A DNA stretch of 64,000 nucleotides from positions 372,001 to 436,000 of the IMG/VR virus record IMGVR_UViG_3300032770_000001; one strand, given 5' to 3'. The first letter of the stretch is position 1. Every line of letters starts with the position of its first letter. This document shows, one piece after another, positions 56,420 to 64,000 of this stretch. The notes beneath the pieces were generated by a model. That model had not been told where the DNA came from, did not search any database, and worked only from the letters and a program-made list of their open reading frames with translations. A program made the position numbers and the translations under genes.

Positions 56420-56745
56420 TATGGCTCCAGTTGATCGGATTTGTCGCTTGCGTAAGCGAAGGCATCCCGCCGCCCTTCGTTCGTCGCCGGAAACCGGGCG
56501 AGCAGGTGGTTGCTCTCAGTGAAGTGCGGGTCGAGTTCATCGATACCCTTGAAATGCTTGGGATCGCCCCGGAAGACCATGACTTTTTTACCCTCGAATG
56601 TCGTGCAGCCGGGATAGAAAGCTTCGACGATCACGATGCATGATTTGTGCTCAACCGCCGTGATGCCGAGGATTTTGAATTTCTTCGGGTCGGGGTTCGG
56701 TGGTGTCGGGTTGTTGTCGCTAGCTCTGAAAAGGCTCAGTCCCAT
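56419..56745 (-). CDS. Conserved hypothetical phage protein
   Basis: PNPDP..F...YPGCTTFEGKK...LDPHF...ARFP. Confidence 0.65.
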   Translation of the reverse strand: MGLSLFRASDNNPTPPNPDPKKFKILGITAVEHKSCIVIVEAFYPGCTTFEGKKVMVFRGDPKHFKGIDELDPHFTESNHLLARFPATNEGRRDAFAYASDKSDQLEP

Positions 56746-56763
56746 AAGAAAATTGTATACTTG

Positions 56764-57201
56764 CTATTGTAGAGCAGGGGGATGCTTGATGTAAAGAGCG
56801 GCTCTTTCCAGAAGCTCCGGAGAATCATAGAAACTACCGAGACCCCAGTTACATGTCCCGCACAGCAATCCGCGAAACTTTCCTGTTTGATGATCGTGAT
56901 CTGGTTTCGCCGCTTCAGCGCGAGTCTTACCGAATGGTTTTCGACAAATCCAACACTTGTGCTCTTGACGTTCTGACTGGTCAAAATATTCAGTCAGCGT
57001 GATGCCGCACAGCGCCTCCAACCGCTCTCCGAATCTACGTCTAGCTCTTGCGTTGGCAGCCGCTATTTTTCTTGCTCGATGTTGGGGGTTGGAATGGTAT
57101 TTCTCTCGTTCAGCATCTCGACGGCACTTCTTACAGTACCCCTGTTTTGATGTGATAAGAGATTTCGGGTCTTCGCATTTCGGGCAAATTCTTGTCTCCA
57201 T
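56764..57201 (-). CDS. Endonuclease VII-like homing endonuclease
   Basis: QEHKCWIC...DHDHQTGKFRGLLCGTCNWGLG. Confidence 0.88.
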   Translation of the reverse strand: METRICPKCEDPKSLITSKQGYCKKCRRDAEREKYHSNPQHRARKIAAANARARRRFGERLEALCGITLTEYFDQSERQEHKCWICRKPFGKTRAEAAKPDHDHQTGKFRGLLCGTCNWGLGSFYDSPELLERAALYIKHPPALQ

Positions 57202-57266
57202 ACTCAGGAGCCCGAAAGTCGTTTCTTACAATTCTGACAATGCAAGTTCCTTACAAAATTGAGGGC

Positions 57267-57422
57267 TTAACGACTCAAAGCGATGCGAAAAAGTTCTTTC
57301 TCACGCACTTTGTATTCAGGCGTGCCTTCTGTCATCTTAAGCCACTCAATGTAAAGAGACTCGAATTGCTGCTTCGAGATCGAAGAAGTTGTCTGAGTAG
57401 CGGTTGCTGTGGTCTGTGCCAT
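57267..57422 (-). CDS. Small hypothetical protein
   Basis: MAQTTATA... with GAGG RBS. Confidence 0.5.
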   Translation of the reverse strand: MAQTTATATQTTSSISKQQFESLYIEWLKMTEGTPEYKVREKELFRIALSR

Positions 57423-57457
57423 GTTCACAAAAATCCCCTCTAAATAGAGTTCCAAAA

Positions 57458-57862
57458 TCACTTTTTAGCCGCCAGTGCCGTGATTGCCACGGTCTGTCGC
57501 CATGCATCCAAGTTCACACCGTGTGGGTTAAACCCCCTCGGTAACACCGAATGAATCCATTCCGCGTAACCTACTACGATAACGTGGTGTTCTTTCAATA
57601 GTTTATACCATCCCCCATAACCTGTCTCACCCGGCGTTTGAGCATTGCCATGTTCAGCCATCCAAATCAATGCCTCTTCGGTTGTGGGAGCAAATGGCTT
57701 TGGGTTTTGAGAAGTACGCCATTCACCTAAGGCCCACAGAGCATCCATTCCCTCCATCCCAGCGCGACGAGCCCCGCTCATGATATGCTCTAGCAGAGTT
57801 TCTCGACGGTCAAAAGGCCGCTGGTCGTACATCTCCCAGTCGAAGTTGATGTAAACAGGCAT
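57458..57862 (-). CDS. Hypothetical protein
   Basis: 134-aa ORF. Confidence 0.55.
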   Translation of the reverse strand: MPVYINFDWEMYDQRPFDRRETLLEHIMSGARRAGMEGMDALWALGEWRTSQNPKPFAPTTEEALIWMAEHGNAQTPGETGYGGWYKLLKEHHVIVVGYAEWIHSVLPRGFNPHGVNLDAWRQTVAITALAAKK

Positions 57863-57904
57863 TATTACTTAATACGCTGGCCGCTAGTGACTTCTTACAA
57901 ATTT

Positions 57905-58510
57905 TCAAAGGAACCGGGCGTGCACTTCACGCATGTACGCGGGGTCGCACTTGTGGGTCGTAATCATGTCGTTCCCCGGCGTCGGGAACCGCCAGTGCAG
58001 GTTGCTGTGCACATAACGTTGGTCGTCGAACAGCGGTGCTTTCTGGTTCATTACCAGATAGTAGCCGACCGAGGAATCTTCGAGCTTACGATTCTTCCAT
58101 TCTTGCTCCGGCTCGGCGACGAGAATCTTCATCGCACGCCGCGACAGCCAGTACCCGCAGCCGCCTGCCGCATAGAACAGTTGCCGTGCGCTTCCGCAAT
58201 AGTCATGGTACTGATAGCCGGAGGCGAGCAGACGGGGGATGTGCACATAGGTGTCATCATCCGCTTTGAACAGGTTGGTGTAGTCGCGCTCCAGCGTCCA
58301 CTTCATCGTGTAAAACAGCTTCAGCGGCAGACTCTCGTAATTGTCGGGAACGGGTAGGTAGACTTCATCCTTCTTGGCCCGTTTCTTCGGATCACCGATG
58401 AAGAATCGGTAGTCGATCTCTTTGCCCCATGTTTTCAACCACGTGTCACGGCAGGCGTCCTGCTGTTCTTTGAAGGCGTGACAGGTGAGGATGGCGAGGA
58501 GAGGTTTCAC
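57905..58510 (-). CDS. Galactosyltransferase-like glycosyltransferase (GT31/Fringe)
   Basis: RDTW, DNYESLPLK, FKADDDTYV, GGCGYWLS, ED..VG; likely GTG start at 58510. Confidence 0.85.
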   Translation of the reverse strand: MKPLLAILTCHAFKEQQDACRDTWLKTWGKEIDYRFFIGDPKKRAKKDEVYLPVPDNYESLPLKLFYTMKWTLERDYTNLFKADDDTYVHIPRLLASGYQYHDYCGSARQLFYAAGGCGYWLSRRAMKILVAEPEQEWKNRKLEDSSVGYYLVMNQKAPLFDDQRYVHSNLHWRFPTPGNDMITTHKCDPAYMREVHARFL

Positions 58511-58544
58511 ACTAAATAAATACCGCGTCCTATGTCCAATCCAC

Positions 58545-58575
58545 AAAAGAAAAGGGCTCGCATCGCTGCGAGCCC
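58545..58575 (-). terminator. Terminator after MCP
   Basis: GGGCTCGCA/TGCGAGCCC stem followed by TTTTCTTTT. Confidence 0.85.
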
Positions 58576-58603
58576 AATCTGATTATCCAACCAGAGAGAA
58601 CGA

Positions 58604-59563
58604 TTAGTTCTCGCCGTAGTTGGCGGTCGAGTTGAAGCGACCATTGACCGTAAGACGCTGCACGCCGGACGGGTTGAACACGAGGAAGCCGAGGTTCTCG
58701 AAGATCGAGAAGCCGATCTGACGGAGGTCAGGACGGTCGGCGCTCATGACCGTGAGCGGAATACGCTCTGGGATAACGCCGAGGAACTCTGCGTCCGCCA
58801 GAATGTAGATCGAGCCGTAGCCGACCTTACGCGACTGGAGGAGCGTTGCGCCCCAGAGATAGCCCATCACGCCCGTTTTCAACAGCTTGCGCTGTGTTTC
58901 GCGGTCGATGTTCTGTTGGGTCCACTTCAACAGGTCCGTGTAGTCACGGGGGTTGAAGAAGACGAACGCGACTGAGAGGTCATGACGCTGCACCTGACCA
59001 AAGCCGTCTGCCATCGAGTTGATGTCAATCGGAGCGTTGATCGGAATGTCAGGGTTGTAGACCGGATCATTCGAGTTCTTACCCGCTGCGCTGTTCGCGA
59101 CACCGTCAAACAGAACGAACACGTATCCGTCTTCGGCTGCGCCCACTTCGGCTTTCGCCAAGTTCAGTGAACGAGCAACCAAGTCGAAACGGCGCTCTTT
59201 GATCTGCGTGATCGGGATCATCGGATTGGACACGATTTCGAACGTCGGAACCGTGACGCGCTTCGGTTTTGTAACGCGGACGATGTCACCACCTTCTTCG
59301 CCGACGATGAATGCTTCGACGAAGGACGAACCCGGAGTCGAGCCAACGGTCATCGCGTTGACATCGAATTCCTTGTCGTAGATGGGCAGTGCGCCATCCG
59401 GAAGAGTTTCGACCATGAGAGCCTTGCGAGCAATGCTCATATAGTCACGGCGACGACGCAGGGACGGACCGAGCGAAGCCGCAAGCTTCTGACGCCCACC
59501 CGCCGTCTTCAAAAGTTGGCCGAGCATTTGCGTCTGCTGTTGTGTGCGAGAAAGTTGTGCCAT
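58604..59563 (-). CDS. Major capsid protein (HK97 fold)
   Basis: Position after scaffold and decoration genes, strong RBS and terminator; RRDY.SIARK...LPDGALPIYDK, FEI.SNP, GYLWGA motifs of large-phage MCPs. Confidence 0.85.
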   Translation of the reverse strand: MAQLSRTQQQTQMLGQLLKTAGGRQKLAASLGPSLRRRRDYMSIARKALMVETLPDGALPIYDKEFDVNAMTVGSTPGSSFVEAFIVGEEGGDIVRVTKPKRVTVPTFEIVSNPMIPITQIKERRFDLVARSLNLAKAEVGAAEDGYVFVLFDGVANSAAGKNSNDPVYNPDIPINAPIDINSMADGFGQVQRHDLSVAFVFFNPRDYTDLLKWTQQNIDRETQRKLLKTGVMGYLWGATLLQSRKVGYGSIYILADAEFLGVIPERIPLTVMSADRPDLRQIGFSIFENLGFLVFNPSGVQRLTVNGRFNSTANYGEN

Positions 59564-59578
59564 TGTGAATTCTCCTCG

Positions 59579-60145
59579 TTAGATCAGTGACGCTACGCCG
59601 AGCCATGCTTCCGAAGCGGAAGGAACGTGAGTGCAAATGCCAATTGCAATTGGAGCGGAACCGCCCGAATTGCCAGCACGAGCCGCGCTCGTGTACTGTC
59701 CGACATTGTTGTGCGTGGTCGTATGCCCGCAGTAGACGTATCCACCGAGAGTAAACGTCGCATTCGTGTCGTAAATTGAAACCGTTGCACCCGAAGTGAA
59801 GCTAGTGTTGCCAACGTTGCCCTGCCACATCGCACGAACTACAGGGGCACGCTTGGAGCCAGAAGCGCCAATTGCACCGGAGAATTCGTTTGCAGAGTCG
59901 TTGAGCAAGGTTGCGAATGGGATTTGACTATCTGTGTCGCACGGCGCGATAGCACCGATTGCACCAAAAGCAGGCTGATTGGTGTATACGCCAGCGGAAG
60001 GCGTGGTCAAAGCCACGATCTTTCCACCGTAGTACCCAGCGTTATCCAGTGTGAACTGGTCAGTACCGGGATCACCAGTCAAAACTACGTTCGGTGTGCA
60101 GTTGACAGAGTCGTTCTGCCCCATGTAGGTCAGCTTAAGGGACAT
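59579..60145 (-). CDS. Head decoration/cement protein
   Basis: Directly upstream of MCP; G/A/T-rich; C-terminal IGIC..VP...LGV. Confidence 0.65.
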   Translation of the reverse strand: MSLKLTYMGQNDSVNCTPNVVLTGDPGTDQFTLDNAGYYGGKIVALTTPSAGVYTNQPAFGAIGAIAPCDTDSQIPFATLLNDSANEFSGAIGASGSKRAPVVRAMWQGNVGNTSFTSGATVSIYDTNATFTLGGYVYCGHTTTHNNVGQYTSAARAGNSGGSAPIAIGICTHVPSASEAWLGVASLI

Positions 60146-60339
60146 GCTGATTCCTCCACCTTGAGTTTTGGTTCAGTTGAGCAGTTTGAATTTGCCGTTC
60201 CCAATCCGGCCTGTGTTCGCAGGCTAAAGGACTATAGGACAGCGTGCTCAATAAAGAGGCAGGTAGTGAAAAAACCCAATTACTTGCGAAAAAATTATTT
60301 CGATGGGATTTCTGCTATAATTTTCAGGTATTTACCGAT

Positions 60340-60801
60340 ATGAGTGTCTCCACAAACAGACGCCGTCTGAGAGAGCAAATCTTCACTCTGCTCGGCAATC
60401 GCTGTGTCGGGCCGGATTGCGGGTGGATTAACGAAGACGGGACTCGTGGGTGTACCGATATCCGATGCCTTCAAATTGACCATAAAAACGGCGGCGGACA
60501 TCAAGCAGTTCTCAAAGCCGGAAACAACTACGAGCATTTGAAAGAAATCTTACGAGACCCAGAAATTCACGAACACTATCAGCTTCTCTGCGCCAACTGC
60601 AACTGGATCAAACGACATCTGAACAACGAATTCAATCGCAAAGGAACTCGACAATCGACCGAGCGTCAACTTCGTATTCGAGACATGATTTTAGAACGAC
60701 CTGATCTCACTCAAGCGGCTATCGGAGAGATTTTCGGCATCAGCCGGGTATCGGTGTACCACATATCCAAAAAGTTTGGAATCCAACCCACCAAGCAATG
60801 A
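60340..60801 (+). CDS. HNH-like endonuclease with C-terminal HTH
   Basis: CLQIDHKNGGG...YQLLCANCN; LTQAAIGEIFGISRVSV; inserted antisense in the head operon. Confidence 0.8.
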   Translation: MSVSTNRRRLREQIFTLLGNRCVGPDCGWINEDGTRGCTDIRCLQIDHKNGGGHQAVLKAGNNYEHLKEILRDPEIHEHYQLLCANCNWIKRHLNNEFNRKGTRQSTERQLRIRDMILERPDLTQAAIGEIFGISRVSVYHISKKFGIQPTKQ

Positions 60802-60808
60802 TCTTTTA

Positions 60809-61381
60809 CTATTTCTTCAAACAACCACAGGGGTAGCCCGGAGGATGCACATGGTTCTTGTTGGGGGTAATCATCTTTCCGCTGTAGAACGGCCCGTCAC
60901 GATGCACGGCTTCTGTGTTAGCCCAGCCTTGGAAAATCGGGCTGGTCAGCCAGAAGTTCCCCGCGAACTCCAACCACATACCGATCTGCGGATCGCTCCC
61001 GGCGTCGAGAAGAGTCATAGTGCCCTGAGAGACTGGACGCTGATTGATGGCGTCCATCGTAGCCAGTGTTTGAAGGTTGGTCGCATTCTGAAGCGGAACA
61101 TGCGTCAACTGCACATACGTCATCGGCACGTTGAACCAGCCCGACAAAGCCATGTGGAAGATGTAGTCCGTGTCGAGTGATCCCTGCCAGCGTCCACCGG
61201 GCACGACAAGTTGATTGCCGAAGAAGATAGTGGTCTGCACCTTGCCGAAGATTTGCGTCACTGACAGCAGCGGTCGCCACGATGGTGTGAATGTCAACTG
61301 CCCCGCTTGGTTGGCTTGCGGTGCTTTGGGCTGTTGAAGCTGAATCGCGAGGACGCGAGAATCGAGAGGACTGAGTGCCAT
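60809..61381 (-). CDS. Hypothetical protein in head module
   Basis: 190-aa ORF between scaffold and decoration genes. Confidence 0.6.
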   Translation of the reverse strand: MALSPLDSRVLAIQLQQPKAPQANQAGQLTFTPSWRPLLSVTQIFGKVQTTIFFGNQLVVPGGRWQGSLDTDYIFHMALSGWFNVPMTYVQLTHVPLQNATNLQTLATMDAINQRPVSQGTMTLLDAGSDPQIGMWLEFAGNFWLTSPIFQGWANTEAVHRDGPFYSGKMITPNKNHVHPPGYPCGCLKK

Positions 61382-61404
61382 AAATGATCTCTATCTATGG
61401 TTCC

Positions 61405-61433
61405 AAAAGTGAAGGGCTGGCTTTCGCCAGCCC
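61405..61433 (-). terminator. Terminator after scaffold gene
   Basis: GGGCTGGC-GAAA-GCCAGCCC followed by TTCACTTTT. Confidence 0.75.
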
Positions 61434-61460
61434 CTCGGTTAACTACCGTGTAACGGTGGA

Positions 61461-63716
61461 TTAGAACTCTTCGCTGCCGAACAGCGCGGTTGCAATGTCC
61501 ACAGGCTTCGGCGAAGCGACGACCGGGCGAACACGCTTAATGCTGCCCTTCTTCTCGTCCTTCTTCTCTGATGCCGCCTTTGCTGACTGTTTCGGAGCCT
61601 GCAATTCCGGACGTGCATCTTGAGGAGTGCGCTTTGCGCCCTGCTCTTCAGGCTTGATGTCCTTCATTGCTTCCGCGAACAAGTCCTCATCGTGATCGGT
61701 GTCGTTGTCGCGTGCTTCCGAACCGTCCTGCTTGAAGTGGTTCGCCGCGTCAACAAACGCCTCGACCACGTCTTCGCCTTCAACGCTGGTTGCCGTTTTG
61801 TTGTCAACCGACGCCATCAGGCTGGCAAGCGGATCATTTTCCGAGCCCTGAACTGTGAAGTAGTCCTCGATTGAAGCGACTTGCATACCGCTGTCTTCGA
61901 GTGCTGCTTCCATCTGTGCCGCCGAGGTCGGTGCGAAAAAGTCTTCCGCAGCCATGTGCTCGACGCTACCGTCGCCTTCGTTTGCAAGAGCCGAAACTTT
62001 ATCGTCCATTGCACCCTCATCAAATACGGACGAAAGGTCAAGCTCGCCCTCTGCCGGGCCTTCAGTCTCTTCGAGCGAAATTTCTTCCTCGCCTTCCAAC
62101 GGAAGAGCAGGCTCTTCCTCGGACTCTTCGAGAATTTCCTGTTCGAGTGCCTTGATCGCTTCCTCGGCTTCCTCGATCTTTTCCTGCACGACCATCTTCT
62201 TCTCGTCGGTCAGGATTGCACCAGCGGCTTCCTCAGGCGGTGCGCCTGCATCGCCAGCCGGAGCTTCTGCCAACGGATCGCCCGGTGCTTCAGGAGCAGG
62301 CGGTGCGTCTGGAGCCGGAGCATCGACCGGAGCTTCCGCTGCCGGATCGTCTGCGACTTTCTGATCTGCGCCCTTTACTGGAGGAGCAGGGAGATCGGCC
62401 TTCTTTTCGGCAGCAGCTTTCTTCTCTGCGGCAGCCTTGCACTCAGGGCAATCACCAGCACACTTGCCGTCCTTGCCATGAGCAGTCTTCGCGGCAGCCT
62501 TCTTGCTGTCGCCTTCGGAGAGGTTCACGGTCTGACCCGGCTTCTCACCAGCGTCCGGACGCTCGGCGGCTTTACCCGCTTCGAGTTCCTTCGGCTCAGT
62601 GTGCTCACCGCCGCCGCAACCGCGACCATCGTTGTACGTGCCTGTCTGTGGACCTGCATCCTTGCGGTCGTCGGCAGTCTTCGCGGCTGCTTCTTTCGCA
62701 GAACCATGAAGTTCCTTTTCGACGGCGGCACGCTCAGACTTGAGCACGGACGGGTCTTCAAGATACTGATTGAGTTCGGTCTTGTGGACTTCTTTGAACT
62801 GTTCAGCAAGGTGGGTGGAGTGAGCGTTCTTTGCGGTCTGACGGAGGGCGGCGACGAGAGTCTTCGTGTCATTGCCATCCAGCAGCGATGTCGCGAATGC
62901 TTGACGACGCTCGACGGAGGCTGTCGGCAACATCGTGTTAGCGATGGTATACGCCGCAGCCGTGCGAATCTGTGCTTCTTTCTTGATAGACTCGCGCTGT
63001 TTCTTTGCCTCAGCGAGCTTCTCTTTCAGATTCGCGGGCTTGGTAGCAGTCTGATTTGCCATGGTAGAGCCTTCCTTTTTCATGTCAGAACGGGCAGAAA
63101 CGCCCTTCTTTAGAGGTACTTGATAGTTATTTTTCTTGCTAATTGGAGCTTTTGCACTAGCAAGGGGTGCTTCCAGAGGGGCTGCTTCCGCAGCCGCATC
63201 ATCTGTGGGAAGTGGTTCTGCCGCCCCAGCCGCGCCGTCAACCGGGGGCTCAGGGGTAGCTGCCGGAACAGCAGCTTCAGGGGCAGGAGGGGGTTCCGGT
63301 GCCGGGGGTGCTGCCGGAGCGGAAATGCCAAGATCGGGTGCCGGGGGTGCCAGCGGTGCTGCCGGAGCAGCCAAGGGATCGATAGCGGGTTCACCGCCAG
63401 ATGCGTCGGCGATCTGCGAATCCAGACCATCCAAAACGGACTTGATCTCTTCCGACCACGGTCCGCCCTTGAACTTTTCCCACTCACCAATCAATTGCAC
63501 GCCTTCGCGCATGTGACGAATTTCTTCTTCGAGTTCTTCGCGCTTCTGGGAGAGGAGGTCGAATTCCGGCGATGGGCCGAGATCAGTGGGTGCGTCGGGA
63601 GCCATCTCAGGCATACCCATAAGCTGGTCGTCCATGCCGTCCAGCAGGGCTTGTTTACGAGCGATTTCCGCCGCTACGTGTGATTTGATCTGTGCAACTG
63701 TCTTCGGTTTTGCCAT
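61461..63716 (-). CDS. Capsid scaffolding protein
   Basis: Acidic, A/P/E-rich, coiled coils; between protease and MCP; many K-x-A motifs. Confidence 0.7.
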   Translation of the reverse strand: MAKPKTVAQIKSHVAAEIARKQALLDGMDDQLMGMPEMAPDAPTDLGPSPEFDLLSQKREELEEEIRHMREGVQLIGEWEKFKGGPWSEEIKSVLDGLDSQIADASGGEPAIDPLAAPAAPLAPPAPDLGISAPAAPPAPEPPPAPEAAVPAATPEPPVDGAAGAAEPLPTDDAAAEAAPLEAPLASAKAPISKKNNYQVPLKKGVSARSDMKKEGSTMANQTATKPANLKEKLAEAKKQRESIKKEAQIRTAAAYTIANTMLPTASVERRQAFATSLLDGNDTKTLVAALRQTAKNAHSTHLAEQFKEVHKTELNQYLEDPSVLKSERAAVEKELHGSAKEAAAKTADDRKDAGPQTGTYNDGRGCGGGEHTEPKELEAGKAAERPDAGEKPGQTVNLSEGDSKKAAAKTAHGKDGKCAGDCPECKAAAEKKAAAEKKADLPAPPVKGADQKVADDPAAEAPVDAPAPDAPPAPEAPGDPLAEAPAGDAGAPPEEAAGAILTDEKKMVVQEKIEEAEEAIKALEQEILEESEEEPALPLEGEEEISLEETEGPAEGELDLSSVFDEGAMDDKVSALANEGDGSVEHMAAEDFFAPTSAAQMEAALEDSGMQVASIEDYFTVQGSENDPLASLMASVDNKTATSVEGEDVVEAFVDAANHFKQDGSEARDNDTDHDEDLFAEAMKDIKPEEQGAKRTPQDARPELQAPKQSAKAASEKKDEKKGSIKRVRPVVASPKPVDIATALFGSEEF

Positions 63717-64000
63717 TAGCGTATTAGCCTCCCGCGTAAATCGGCGTTGAGTAAAGCTTCCCCCAAATCAAGGGTCTCGAAATCATTATTTTTACTGGCA
63801 ATTTTTGTAAGCTTTGCGATCTTGCCAGCCCCAGCCGCTTTGGTGTATGGAGATTTGGGACCGATCCATACCTCGCCGCCCTCGATAATGTTGCGTTTCG
63901 AGGCTCCGGGGAACGCTGGGGTCGCAACCCAAGAAGCTTCCACGAACTTCACACCGCCGTTCGGCAACGTCTTGTGACCGCAGAGTTCAGCGATGCGACG
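63716..64000 (-). CDS. Prohead maturation protease, C-terminal part (runs off window)
   Basis: Frame open to the edge: RRIAELCGHKTLPNGGVKFVEASWVATPAFPGA resembles the E-x-S-x-V-x-x-PA motif of HK97/herpes-fold proteases; upstream of scaffold. Confidence 0.7.
   Translation of the reverse strand, partial: RRIAELCGHKTLPNGGVKFVEASWVATPAFPGASKRNIIEGGEVWIGPKSPYTKAAGAGKIAKLTKIASKNNDFETLDLGEALLNADLRGRLIR

Noticed and set aside
56743-56766. In-frame TAG between the EndoVII gene and the next ORF
   Set aside because: One-in-three chance of being in frame; the spacer contains a -10-like TACAAT before the ATG, better explained as a leaderless promoter.
59495-59515. KTA in the MCP N-terminus (QLLKTAGGR) as a maturation site
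   Set aside because: It lies in a helix-like segment that the 28482 paralog keeps with different residues (ESE); cleavage cannot be supported from sequence.
1-64000. Genome-wide UAG recoding suggested by the CUA-arm tRNA
   Set aside because: Long genes (terL, MCP, 1.0-1.7k-aa ORFs) are intact in the standard code, coding density is high, and several TAG stops are followed quickly by other stops (e.g. TAG TAA at 60809).
1-64000. CRISPR array, rRNA, integrase/IS element, portal gene
   Set aside because: No regularly spaced repeats or recognisable motifs seen; the portal is presumably outside the window.

Overview
A 64-kb segment of a large tailed dsDNA phage (Caudoviricetes), mostly coded on the minus strand. 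The host is possibly an Acidobacteriota; this rests on recalled gene-family resemblances and is unverified. The head module reads, right to left: prohead protease (cut by the window edge), acidic scaffold, head decoration protein, HK97-fold major capsid protein (MCP). The window also holds Ig/discoidin/fibre virion proteins, a large terminase, two or three sigma-like proteins, five HNH/EndoVII nucleases, glycan and lipid enzymes (GT2, GT31, LpxH-like), NUDIX, Ada-type and E2-like proteins, and an island of small early-type genes (29.5-39.1 kb) with leaderless promoters. The main unexplained structures are: (1) giant acidic ORFs (1051, 1478, 1682 aa) built of small modules separated by a recurring K-x-A motif that is also abundant in the scaffold, suggesting protease-processed virion cargo polyproteins; (2) a prfB-like CTT-TAG-C +1 frameshift that would append a further K-x-A-delimited module; (3) stand-alone mini-paralogs of pieces of the phage's own MCP and terminase; (4) a 106-nt tRNA-like gene with two anticodon arms. 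All family calls are from motif recognition by eye; no database searches were run.
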